Shown: piece by piece, positions 31,566 to 41,755 of the stretch
How positions within the stretch are numbered: position 1 is the first letter of the stretch
How the letters are laid out: each line of letters starts with the position of its first letter
Program-made: the position numbers and the translations under genes
The notes under the pieces: generated by a model
What the model was told of the DNA's origin: nothing
Database searches by the model: none
Seen by the model: the letters and a program-made list of their open reading frames with translations, nothing else
Assembly: GCA_964291265.2 (NCBI GenBank)
Contig: OZ219747.1
Span: forward strand, 896,001 to 960,000
Direction: 5' to 3'
DNA length: 64,000 bases
Origin: Alphaproteobacteria bacterium
GTDB taxonomy: Bacteria; Pseudomonadota; Alphaproteobacteria; SP197

Positions 31566-33362
31566 TTGGTCTCGATTATGGTCGAGGCCATGAAGACTTT
31601 TGCCGAGACGCGCGGAGCGACACAGCAGCTGACGGGAGGTGGTGACGGCCTATGTCGGGCGTCAGTGGCCTTGTCATGCGAGGCGCCTGACTGGCGTGCG
31701 CTCTATGAGACGGAGCGGGTTCGTGCGGATGCGGCGGAAGCGCGTATGCGTGACCTGCGCCGTGCGAAGAATTCTGCCCGTGCCCGTGCGGGCACATTCA
31801 AGTTTCATCTCGACCGCACTCGTGATCAGCTCAAGGAGGCTCGCCGGGAGGTGAAGCGTGGACAGGCCCGAGCGGAGGCGCTGGAGCAGGAAAGGGACGC
31901 TCTGAAGCTCAAGAACGCTGAACAGGCGAGCGAGCTGAGGAATCTCCGCGGGACGCGTGCCAAGCACGCGACGGCGCGCTTCGGGTCGAAGAGCGAGAAA
32001 CGGAAGAAGAAGGAAGGCACCGGGAACAAGCGGGGTCAGCAACCCGGCAAGAGCGGCCACGGGCGCACTCCGCGTCCGAAGCTCAAGGAGAAGCACGAAC
32101 GCCATGATCCACCGGCATCGCAGCGCACGTGCCCGTGTTGCGGCGAGCCCTATGTGGCCAACGGCAGCCACGAGACCTCGATCATGGAGGTCCATGTCAA
32201 GGCTCATATCCGGCGGATTGAACGTGGGCGTTGGCGCCGTGGTTGTCAGTGTTCGTCGGCGCCTGCGGAGATCATCGCGCCGCCACCTTTGCGCTTGCTT
32301 GCGAATACCCCCTTCGGCATCAGTGTCTGGGAATGCGTGCTCTATGAGCGCTTCGCCTGCTTGCGTCCCCTGCGCCGGGTCTCGCGATGGCTGGAAGACC
32401 AGGGACTGCCGATGGCGCCGGGAACGATCGCTGGCGGCATGAAGAAGATGACGCCGATGTTCGCGCCTCTCGCGCAGGCCATCCTCGATCATCAGAACCG
32501 GCTGACGGTGCGCCACGGCGACGAGACCAGCTGGCGCATCCAGTCCCTCAAGGCCTCGGGGCGCTCGCAGAAGGCCTGGCTGTGGACCGCGGTCAGCGCC
32601 GACTCCGTCTTCTTCCTCATCGATCCGTCACGCAGCGCCCGGGTGGCCATGGTGCTGTTCGCCTCCACCAAAGGTGTCGTCTTCCTTGTTTGCGACCGTC
32701 ACGCGGCCTACAAGAAACTGGAGCGCGTGCTCGATGGCAAGGTGATCCTCTGCTTTTGCTGGGTGCACTCCAGGCGCGATGTGATCGAGGCTGCGGCAGG
32801 CCAAGAGGGGCTGGAAGAGTGGTGCGACAAGTGGCTCGACAGGATCGCGCTGATCTACACACTGAATGGGCAACGGCTGAAGCACTACGATCCCGCACGC
32901 AAGCGTCAGTCAGCGAGGTTCAATGCCCTGCAGAAGGACCTTCGTGCGGCTGTCGAGGCGCTGTTCAGGCAGGCTCAGGAGGAACTCGACGCCTTGCCCG
33001 AGGGTGCACGCGAAGCGAAGCCCTTGCGTTCCCTGATCCGTCACCGCGAGGGACTGTGCGTCTTTGTCGACCATCCCCAGGTGCCCATGGACAACAACTT
33101 TGCCGAGAGAGCCCTCCGGGGTGCGGTGACCGCGAGAAAGCTGAACTTCGGCTCCGACAGCGAGGAAGGCGCCGCCTTCACCGCCATCATGTACTCGGTC
33201 ATCGGCACCCTTGCCATGAACAACATCAATGTTCGGCGCTGGCTTCATGAGTGGCTTGAGGCCTGCGCGCAGAACGGCGGCAAGCCGCCGGATGACCTCG
33301 ACCCGTGGCTGCCATGGTCGATGACCCCGGAGCGTCGAAGGGACCTCATGGAACCGGGGTGA
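31566..33362 (+). CDS. tnpC: IS66 family transposase
   Basis: Coiled coil, FGSKSEK, CPCC, HGDETSW, VCDRH, CWVHSRR, MDNNFAERALR. Confidence 0.93.
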   Translation: MVSIMVEAMKTFAETRGATQQLTGGGDGLCRASVALSCEAPDWRALYETERVRADAAEARMRDLRRAKNSARARAGTFKFHLDRTRDQLKEARREVKRGQARAEALEQERDALKLKNAEQASELRNLRGTRAKHATARFGSKSEKRKKKEGTGNKRGQQPGKSGHGRTPRPKLKEKHERHDPPASQRTCPCCGEPYVANGSHETSIMEVHVKAHIRRIERGRWRRGCQCSSAPAEIIAPPPLRLLANTPFGISVWECVLYERFACLRPLRRVSRWLEDQGLPMAPGTIAGGMKKMTPMFAPLAQAILDHQNRLTVRHGDETSWRIQSLKASGRSQKAWLWTAVSADSVFFLIDPSRSARVAMVLFASTKGVVFLVCDRHAAYKKLERVLDGKVILCFCWVHSRRDVIEAAAGQEGLEEWCDKWLDRIALIYTLNGQRLKHYDPARKRQSARFNALQKDLRAAVEALFRQAQEELDALPEGAREAKPLRSLIRHREGLCVFVDHPQVPMDNNFAERALRGAVTARKLNFGSDSEEGAAFTAIMYSVIGTLAMNNINVRRWLHEWLEACAQNGGKPPDDLDPWLPWSMTPERRRDLMEPG

Positions 33363-33667
33363 TCGAGTGCCGTTACGACGGCCGTGACTTCACCGCGCAC
33401 GAGATGGCGCTGTTGCGCTCCCTGATCACCCAGCACCCCACCCGTGCGGCCATCGCCCGCGCCTTCTGCCGCAAGACCGGCTGGTACAAGCCCGACGGCG
33501 GCCTCAAGAACATGATGGCGAGTGTCACCTTCCTGGCCATGCACCGCGACGGCCTCATCACCCTGCCGCCACCCCAACGACGAGCAACCCGACCCGGACC
33601 CATCGTCTTCGGACCCAACAGCGAACCGCCACGTGGTGCGCCTCCCAAACGCATCCTCAACCGGTGA
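33359..33667 (+). pseudogene. DUF4338 protein, internally deleted
   Basis: RYDGRDFT..CRKTGWYKPDGGLK..MHRDGLITLPPP fused to the terminal ILNR; GTGA overlap with tnpC. Confidence 0.7.
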
Positions 33668-34394
33668 ATATCACCAACAATCACCGCGTGGCCGAACGCT
33701 TACCCTGGGCCTGGGTCGCCACCTGCAGCGCCACCCGGCGCCAGCCCGCCAGAAGATCGTCATAGAGCGCAGACGGGTGGCCCGAGACCATCACCTGGCA
33801 GGGCAGGCCCTTGAGCAGTTCAAGGAGCGCAACATGGTCCGCCTCCTCGTACTCGAAGCGGTAGCGCCGCGACGAACGCCGCGTCGCGTGCAGCCAGGGC
33901 GGATCGCTGTAGACCAGCTCCGGACCCAGAAACGGGAACGAAGCCAGGAAGGAGTGAGCACAGCCGTGCACCAACTCCACCGGATAAGCGCACTCAAAGG
34001 CCTCAAGCGCACGCTCATCACGGTCAATCCCGATCGAGCGCACAGACGCAGGCTTGCGCTTCATCAGCGCGCCGCCCCCCAGATGGCTCTCAATGTAGAC
34101 AGAGTGCGGCGGCATCAGCGCAATCAGCGCCTGGCACAAACCCGGCGTCGCCTTCGATCCGAAATACCCCAACGGCCGCTCCCCTCATGACAAAGAGCAA
34201 CTCATAGACTCACGTGTCTATCAAGTCAAACCGCGCAGAATCAACAAACTAACGATACCAACGTCACCACAGACTCAGACATGACAGGGTACCCGGGGAG
34301 TTACCTCCGGCGTACTATCTTGGTCAGGAATGGTGGATTAGCGATACTGATCAAGCGTTGAGAGGCACCGTTGCGGATGTTGAGTGAAAGCAGA

Positions 34395-34659
34395 CTCAGA
34401 CATCCTGACCTCGTCCAACGTCAATGAGACGATTTTGTTGTGTTGCGCCGTCGATGTCGTAGACGATGGTGTGGCATGGGCGGGCTGGAGCGGTAGGGAG
34501 GGTGCCATGGGGAGCTAAAATTGGAACATGCGATATTGGACGTATTTATCGCCACATGTCAAGCAGAATCCGCGCTGAAACAGGCAGAAACACAGGAAAA
34601 CCGTGGGTTTCCTGAGCGGTGCGATATGCCCCTCAGAAGAGCAGGTCAGGATGTCTGAG
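34395..34659. mobile_element. 265-bp MITE-like element with perfect 17-bp TIRs
   Basis: CTCAGACATCCTGACCT (34395-34411) and AGGTCAGGATGTCTGAG (34643-34659). Confidence 0.7.
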
Positions 34660-34707
34660 ACTATAGAGGATTGGGGCTGTGACAAGTGTTGACTTGTTTG
34701 TTGGTGC

Positions 34708-35432
34708 GTGAAGGGCAAGGCCGGTGTGCCGGTGGAACTCGGTGTGCCGGTCGCCGTGCTGGAGGATCAGCACGGCTTTCTCCTGCACCACCGGATCCTG
34801 TGGGAAGGCAGTGACGTGGACCATGCCGTACCCATGATCCGGGAAGCGCAGGCCCGCTTCCCGGATCTGCGCCTGTGCAGTTTCGATAAGGGGTTCCACA
34901 GCCCTTCCAACCGGGTCGCACTGGACGCACTGCTGGATCACAACGTGCTTCCGAAGAAGGGGAAGCTCTCTCGGGCGGACCGGGAACGGGAAGCTGAGAC
35001 GACGTTCCGGGAGATGCGCCAGCAGCATCCGGCCGTGGAGTCCGCGATCAACAATCTCGAGCAACGCGGCATGGACCGGGTTCTGTCCTATGGAGCGGAC
35101 GGCTTTGCGCGGATGGTGGCGCTGTCCATGGTGGCCTTCAATGTCCACCGCATCGGGCTGCTGCTGCACAGGGAAGCCCGGGCCCGGGCCCGACGACGAC
35201 GAAGACGCGCCGCCTGACGGCAGCTCCCAAGACCCTATCCGCAACGAAACCCGCTCAAGCGGGAACGGAGCCGCTTGCCCTGATGTCTGGATTCTTGCCT
35301 GGGATAGCCCTGATGCCGCCATGAATCGGCAGGAACAAGCCTCGAAAACGGAGCGCTCGGCGGCTCCGGAGGGCGATCAAACCCGAAGATTTGCCGAAAG
35401 GTCAGCCGAAACGGGCATTTCCGGGCGCGCAC
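34708..35432 (+). mobile_element. ISNCY-type transposase 3' fragment and right end
   Basis: KGKAGVPVELG..FDKGFHS..VESAINNLE; inverted near-copy of 7881-8580. Confidence 0.8.
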
Positions 35433-35615
35433 TAGTTACGAACTTCTTTGCCTTCATCTGCGACCAACCTCCCTCTGCTGTCCTGTATGCGGTCAAGATA
35501 GAATGGAACAAAAAGCGAACAATCTCAACATCTGAACGCGGAAAACGCGCAGGAGTGCAGAATCACAGGCCGCGTGAGGCATCCTCCATGTGATCTTGCG
35601 AACCAGTATGACGCC

Positions 35616-36536
35616 TCACCTCCACGGACCGCCCGCGTTCCATGTCCCATCGAAGGGCTTACCAGCCACAAGAGCATGGACGGGCGGTAGAACGAACGCG
35701 GCCACCGTGGCCTGCAACTCGGCAAAGGGACCAGGGGCCATGGCGATCGCGGTCCGGCGCAGGAACCCCTGCCACTGCGCCTGTTTCGCGGCGTCATCGG
35801 CAAAGGCCGGCGTCAGGGCGATAGGCGTATCCGTGGGGATGTCCGTGCGGCGGCGATCGAAGGTCACGGCGATAGCTTGCGCGAGGATCGGTCCGCTGAA
35901 GGAAAACGTCTCCGAGATCGCCCAGAGGTCGAAGAAATCCTTCATACGGCTGTTGAGCATGCCGAGTGCGACCAGCGCCTGGAACTTCTCGGCCACGACC
36001 GTCTCGGGCGGATAGGCACGTAGCCGGGGCGCGGGCATGTCGAGCAGCGAGGGATGGTCGATTTCCTGCACGGCCGGAGTCACAGCATCGCCAAATCCGA
36101 TGTCGATCTGAATGGGCAGGCGCGCGCCGGCGATCTCGGCGGTCATGGTGATCCGGACGCCGCTATATTCGTCTTCAGCCCGAGCCGGCTCGGCCCGCAG
36201 GGTATCCGGCTTGAAGACCACGCCATCGTCCTCGACGTCGATCCCGCAAATTTCGCGGAAGACCGCAGCGATCCGCTCCGGCGCCGCGTCGCCGTACCCT
36301 AGAAGATCGAGATCGCCGGTGGCCCGATAAGGCGTGGGCGTCCAGAGGCTGAACAGCATGGCGCCCTTCAGCACGAATTGATCTTTGTGGGGCGACAGAC
36401 TCAGCCGGTAGAGAAGCCGCTCGATGGCGAAGCGGGTAAGCGCAAGCTGGACGTTCTCCTTGCGCTCGCTTGCGCGCCGGGTGAGTCGAGCCCGGACCGA
36501 GGCGCCGACATTCTTCAGGGGCGGTTTCGGGGTCAT
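35616..36536 (-). CDS. AbiEii/AbiGii nucleotidyltransferase toxin (type IV TA)
   Basis: ERLLYRLS..FVLKGAML..RATGDLDL..IDIGFGD..AEKFQA..NSRMKDFFD. Confidence 0.92.
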   Translation of the reverse strand: MTPKPPLKNVGASVRARLTRRASERKENVQLALTRFAIERLLYRLSLSPHKDQFVLKGAMLFSLWTPTPYRATGDLDLLGYGDAAPERIAAVFREICGIDVEDDGVVFKPDTLRAEPARAEDEYSGVRITMTAEIAGARLPIQIDIGFGDAVTPAVQEIDHPSLLDMPAPRLRAYPPETVVAEKFQALVALGMLNSRMKDFFDLWAISETFSFSGPILAQAIAVTFDRRRTDIPTDTPIALTPAFADDAAKQAQWQGFLRRTAIAMAPGPFAELQATVAAFVLPPVHALVAGKPFDGTWNAGGPWR

Positions 36537-37147
36537 ACCGTGGCCTCGATATAGGGCCGCATGACGTTCTGCACGCGGTCGATGGCGGCGAACCGCCAGA
36601 GGTCGTCGACCGTGGCGCGGCGGCTTCGGAGACAGTCTCTCAGCGCCTCGATGGCGACATCGAGACCGACTTGGCTGCGGTATTTGAAACAATCAGCGAC
36701 CGTCTTGGCCGGATTGGTGATAGGCACTTCCACCTGCTCGATTGTGTGCCGCTCCACCCCGGCGGTCAGGGCGTCGCCGGTGGCGCGGATGATGCGCAGG
36801 GACACTGGAGGATTCTTGGGCGCCCACTTTTTGTGACCGATCAGCATCCAGACCTGATGCGGCAGTTGGGTGGTGAGTTCGTGGAATCTGAGCGCGGAGA
36901 GCAGGCAGATAACACCGTGGGGCACGGCCCGAGCGGCTTCGGCAAGGCTGTGGGACTCGGACCATTCCGCATCGGCAAGCTGATAGAGGCCGCGCCCCAT
37001 ACGCACCAGAAGCCCTTCGTCCTGCAGTCTCCGCAGGTAGGTGCGCGGAATGCCCGCCGCATCGAAATCGCGCGCGCGCACGATACCGCGCTCCCTGGCG
37101 ACGGTGATCGCACGATCCTTCAGCGTTCCTTGAGCCGTTCCTGCCAT
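36533..37147 (-). CDS. AbiEi family antitoxin (type IV TA)
   Basis: RMGRGLY..ICLLSALRFHELTTQLP..KTVADCFKYRSQVGLDVAIEAL; ATGA-coupled to the toxin. Confidence 0.92.
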   Translation of the reverse strand: MAGTAQGTLKDRAITVARERGIVRARDFDAAGIPRTYLRRLQDEGLLVRMGRGLYQLADAEWSESHSLAEAARAVPHGVICLLSALRFHELTTQLPHQVWMLIGHKKWAPKNPPVSLRIIRATGDALTAGVERHTIEQVEVPITNPAKTVADCFKYRSQVGLDVAIEALRDCLRSRRATVDDLWRFAAIDRVQNVMRPYIEATV

Positions 37148-37256
37148 GTTCCATATGCTCGGCAATAGTACACAAATGCCGAGACTTTGTATCGCGTCCC
37201 CTGACCCCCTGCAACCGGAACTAAACAACTTGACCACGAGTATGGCGCTCATGCTG

Positions 37257-37436
37257 CTACTGTTCCCGCCGCCTGTTCCAGACGAGCTGCGCCCGATCAC
37301 CCTCCTCGGAGGGGAACAGGGCCGCGGTGAAGGGCTCGGGAAGGCTCGGATCGTCGAGACGGACGCGGAGATAGTATTTCGGGTTGTCGCCATTCGTCCG
37401 AGCATCCCAGGCGTCACCGATGCGGGCGTTGCCGAC
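37257..37436 (-). pseudogene. DUF736 family protein, 3' half
   Basis: Manual translation IGDAWDARTNGDNPKYYLRVRLDDPSLPEPFTAALFPSEEGDRAQLVWNRRREQ*. Confidence 0.75.
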
Positions 37437-38882
37437 ACTGGCATACGTGTGCGGGCAGGAATTCGATCGACCGCCAGCGCATCAAGCGCCTCGCAGAGAG
37501 CTGGGCGCGGCGCTATCGGACGATGCCCGAAGGCGAGCGGCTCGCCGTGCTGGCGGCTGTCATGGCGGTGGAGGCGTCGTCATGGCGAGCGTGAACGGCA
37601 CGTCTGTGCGCCAGGAGACCGACGCCCTCCAGAAGCAGTTCCAGGATCTCCGCAAGCAAGGCAAGGTCAACCAGGAGTGCGAGGCGCTCATCCGCAGCCT
37701 GCTGATGCTGGTACAGCTGTTGCTGACCGTGCTCATGGAGAAGATCACACGCAAGCCGGAACTCCGGTCTGCCGCCATCGCAGACTGACAAGGACGAGAG
37801 CGCGAGGCGCACCGGGAGCAACGGCAAGGGCCCGAAGCCGAACCAGCAGACGGGCGACAACCTGCGCACGACCACCATCGAGGAGACGATCACCGTCGAT
37901 GCCTGCGACGCCTGCGGCGCCGACCTCCACGATGTCGACCCCGTCGACCGGGAGTGCCGCGTCCTCTACGACATCGTGTTCGAAGTCGTCGAGCGCCGCG
38001 TCGAAGCCGAGATCAAGGAATGCCCGAAGTGCCGGACCCGGACCAAGGGCCGGTTCCCAGACAACATGCCGGGGCCCCTGCAGTACGGCGTCAGCATCCA
38101 GGCCCTCGTCATCAACCTGCTGATCGCCCAGATGCTGTCCCTGCGTCGTGCCGTCTCGCTCGTGCACGCGATCTCCGGCATCAAGCTCTCCGAGGCGACC
38201 TGCCTCGGCTATGTCCGGCGCTTTCACGATGCGCTCGCATCATGGGAGGAGGCCGCCGTGGCCCATCTCCTGCAACAACCGGCCCTGCATGTCGACGAGA
38301 CCGGCTTCCGGGTCGCCGGCAAGACCCAATGGCTCCATGTCGTCACCGACGGCACCCTGACGTGCAAGTTCCCGCACCCCAAGCGCGGCCGGGAGGCGAT
38401 CGAAGAGATCGGCATCATCCCGCGCTACAAGGGCGTCCTGATCCACGACTGCTGGGCTGCCTACATGGGCTACGATCAGTGCCGCCACCAACTGTGCGGC
38501 AGCCACCTGCTGCGCGAACTGACCTTCGTCGTCGAGTCCAACGGCTACCGCTGGGCGCGACTGATGAAAAGCCTGCTGCGCGAGGTCTCCCGCAGGGTCA
38601 ACAAGAGCGCATCCAAGACCTTGAACGAGGCCGACCGCCGGGCGCAAGCGCTACCGCACCATCCTCACCCAGGGCGCCAGGGAACTGCCCGACATCCCGC
38701 CACGGACGAAGGGAAAACGGGGACGCATCGCAAAGTCCGACGCGCACAACCTGCATGAACGTCTCGTGAAACACGAGAAGTCCGTCCTGCGCTTCATGAA
38801 GGACCCCAACGTCAGCTTCACAAATAATACCGGAGAGCAGAAGATCGTAAGCGTTCGGTCGCGCAGTGATTGTTGGTGATAT

Positions 38883-39230
38883 TCACCGGTTGAGGATGAG
38901 TTTCCAGTCTTTGCGGAGAGGCCTCAGCCAGATGTCCTTTTTTTGGTTTGTCGAGTTTCCTGTGCGTATCGTAGCGTCCGCGCCCCTTGGTGGTGCCGAC
39001 ATGGATCCAACCCGACGCCTTGTAGACGGCGCCTGTGTAGCGCGGTGCGTGGCCAGGAAGGTGACACTCGCCATCATGTTCTTGAGGCCGCCGTCGGGCT
39101 TGTACCAGCCGGTCTCGCGGCAGAAGGCGCGGGCGATGGCCGCACGGGTGGGGTGCTGGGTGATCAGGGAGCGCAACAGCTCCATCTCGTGCGCGGTGAA
39201 GTCACGGCCGTAGTAACGGCACTCGATCAC
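38883..39230 (-). pseudogene. DUF4338 protein, internally deleted (different deletion from 33359-33667)
   Basis: RYYGRDFT.. joined to ..KKDIWLRPLRKDWKLILNR. Confidence 0.7.
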
Positions 39231-40054
39231 CCCGGTTCCGTGAGGTCCCGTCGGCGCTCCGGGGTCATCGACCATGGCAGCCACGGGTCGAGGTCATCCG
39301 GCGGCTTGCCGCCGTTCTGCGCGCAGGCCTCAAGCCACTCATGAAGCCAGCGCCGAACATTGATGTTGTTCATGGCAAGGGTGCCGATGACCGAGTACAT
39401 GATGGCGGTGAAGGCGGCGCCCTCCTCACTGTCGGAGCCGAAGTTCAGCTTTCTCGCGGTCACCGCACCCCGGAGGGTTCTCTCGGCCAGGTTGTTGTCC
39501 ATGGGCACCTGGGGATGATCGACGAAGACACACAGTCCCTCGCGGTGACGGATCAGGGAGCGCAAGGGCTTCGCTTCGCGTGCACCCTCGGGCAAGGCGT
39601 CGAGTTCCTCCTGAGCCTGCCTGAACAGCGCCTCGACAGCCGCACGAAGGTCTTTCTGCAGGGCATTGAACCTCGCTGACTGACGCTTCCGTGCGGGATC
39701 GTAGTGCTTCAGCCGTTGCCCATTCAGTGTGTAGATCAGCGCGATCCTGTCGAGCCACCTGTCGCACCACTCTTCCAGCCCCTCCTGGCCTGCCGCAGCC
39801 TCGATCACATCGCGCCTGGAGTGCGCCCAGCAAAGGCAGAGGATCACCTTGCCATCAAGCTCGCGCTCCAGTTTCCTGTAGACCACGTAGCGGTCGCAAA
39901 CAAGGAAGACGACACCTTTGGTGGAGGCGAACAGCACCATGGCCACCCGGGCGCTGCGTGACGGATCGATAAGGAAGAAGACGGAGTCGGCGCTGACCGC
40001 GGTCCACAGCCAGGCCTTTTGCGAGCGCCCCGAGGCCTTGAGGGACTGGATGCG
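39227..40054 (-). pseudogene. tnpC: IS66 tnpC 3' half
   Basis: Begins RIQSLKASGRSQKAWLW exactly where the 5' half (58705-59673) ends at HGDETSW. Confidence 0.92.
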
Positions 40055-40304
40055 GTGTGCCAGGCGAACTGGCGGAAGGTAGGGGGTGAAAGTCCCCTGA
40101 AACGAAGGAGTAACCAAACCACGTTTCTCCGCGAGCCGTGCGTCGGTTCCCGCGAGGGGGCAGGCGAAGCGTCGGTAGCGGTACGGATGGGCAGGGCTAA
40201 TGAGCACCGAAAAGCCCGTTGTTCGGGGTGCCGAGGCTTTCGCATCGGTCGAAGGCAACATCGCAGGCATCGATTTGGTGAGATGTCGGCGAGCCCCGCG
40301 GTGT
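40055..40304 (+). ncRNA. Group II intron 5' part (domain I)
   Basis: Starts GTGTG; loop CGCATC (40241-40246) is complementary to the upstream exon GATGCG (40049-40054). Confidence 0.85.
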
Positions 40305-40650
40305 AACGCCAAAATCCGGTTAACAAGCCTGTACTACAATACTGCCCCACGACGCGTCTCTCTTTATCCACGTGTAACTAGACCGGAATAACCGGCATGT
40401 CAAGCCCCTCCCGCGACATAGCGTGTGTGCTAACCCAACGTTCAATGACAGCACAGTTGCATTCGAGGAAGTAATCGATAACATTCACGGCATGCACCAG
40501 AAGTCGAGGAACACCGATGATCTATGCAGAACACCAACAACTGACACACATGAGGACCATGGGGTTTTGTGTGATGGCGTTCGATGAGTCAACGGCTGAA
40601 TCACGTCATCGCCAGGCCCTTCTGTCGTCCCAGCCCCAGGGACTGAACCC

Positions 40651-41004
40651 ATGATGGAGGCGGAGGACACGAGACGCAAGGCACGCACCATCATGGCCTC
40701 CGACTCCGAGTGGGCACGGATCCGCGAGCGTGCGAAGGCTCTCGACATGCCCATCTCGCGTTTCGTCGTGCACCATCTTCTCGGCGCCACGGACGTATCT
40801 CGGCACGACACCGGAACGACACCGCCGGACCTTCCGGCCGACCTGCAGTGGCGTCTTGCCCACCACGTCATGGTGCTGGCCCGCCTCGAACGGTACCGCT
40901 TCGAGAGCGCCGGCCACGGCGAGGCCTGGGAGGCGATCGAGGAGGAGATCGACGCCCTGCTCGAGGCGGAGGGGCTGCTGGCCGGGAGGGGAGGACGGCG
41001 ATGA
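40651..41004 (+). CDS. Ribbon-helix-helix MobC/TrwA-like protein 1
   Basis: RTIMASDSEWARIRERAKALDMPISRFVV. Confidence 0.75.
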   Translation: MMEAEDTRRKARTIMASDSEWARIRERAKALDMPISRFVVHHLLGATDVSRHDTGTTPPDLPADLQWRLAHHVMVLARLERYRFESAGHGEAWEAIEEEIDALLEAEGLLAGRGGRR

Positions 41005-41318
41005 GGCGCAACCAGCAGTTCAGCGTCAGCTGCCGTCCCAGCGACTGGGAGGCGATCCGTCAGCGTGCGGAGGAGGCCGGGATGTCGATCTCGCGCTTCA
41101 TCGTCGCCTGCGCCCTGGAGGACGAGGACGACATGCGCCTCGTGATCTCGGAGACCGAGCAGCGCGATCTCCTCAACCGGGTGAACCGGATCCTTCTGGT
41201 TCTCGAGGACCTGGCGGCGCCGCTGCCGGGCAGCGACGTCACGGCCATGGAGGCCCTGTCGTTCCTCCATCTCGCGGCCTTGGAGTTTCGCAGCGGGCGC
41301 CGGGAGTCTGAGCGATGA
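41001..41318 (+). CDS. Ribbon-helix-helix MobC/TrwA-like protein 2
   Basis: FSVSCRPSDWEAIRQRAEEAGMSISRFIVACAL; ATGA-coupled. Confidence 0.75.
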   Translation: MRRNQQFSVSCRPSDWEAIRQRAEEAGMSISRFIVACALEDEDDMRLVISETEQRDLLNRVNRILLVLEDLAAPLPGSDVTAMEALSFLHLAALEFRSGRRESER

Positions 41319-41755
41319 CCGGCCGCCGCGTCGACGAGAGGGTCACCATGCACTCGATCTCGTGCAGCCGCCTGGAGAGGGAGCGCATCCGCGCCTGTGC
41401 GGAACGCGAGGGCGTGTCGATGTCGCAGTTTCTCGTCGACCGGGCCCTGAAGCGCAATCCGCCGGCGAAAGTGAAGAACCCGCCGCGCCTCGTCATCACG
41501 CCGGAGGAACAGCGGACCCTGGTGGAGACGGTCCGGGCCGTGGCCGAGACCGTGCGGACCCTGGAGGGGACGGATGAGACGCCGGGCTTCGTCGAGGCCC
41601 TGCGGGTGCTCTTCGAGGTCAGGCTCGACGCCATGACCCGCAGCGGGCATCACGGCGCCATGACCCGCTGGCTGGAGACGGTGCTGCAGGACAGCCGTGC
41701 GGCCCGCATGGAGGAGGAGGTCTACCGGCGCACCCGGTCTACAGGCGCCAGCTGA
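41315..41755 (+). CDS. Ribbon-helix-helix MobC/TrwA-like protein 3
   Basis: HSISCSRLERERIRACAEREGVSMSQFLVDRAL; ATGA-coupled. Confidence 0.75.
   Translation: MTGRRVDERVTMHSISCSRLERERIRACAEREGVSMSQFLVDRALKRNPPAKVKNPPRLVITPEEQRTLVETVRAVAETVRTLEGTDETPGFVEALRVLFEVRLDAMTRSGHHGAMTRWLETVLQDSRAARMEEEVYRRTRSTGAS

Larger units (their letters stand above)
31480..33703 (+). mobile_element. Complete IS66 family element (tnpC plus DUF4338 remnant)
   Basis: TIR GTAAGCGTTCGGCC at both ends; TSD CCTGGGCC at 31472-31479 and 33704-33711. Confidence 0.95.
31271..34172 (-). pseudogene. IS66-associated adenine methyltransferase interrupted by an IS66 insertion
   Basis: 5' part 34172-33704 (YFGSK, HLGGG, SDPPW), 3' part 31479-31271 (TEVVWFNF..RQRIKRKAANW); 8-bp TSD CCTGGGCC; candidate element end GTAACTCCCCGG at 34304. 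Confidence 0.85.
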
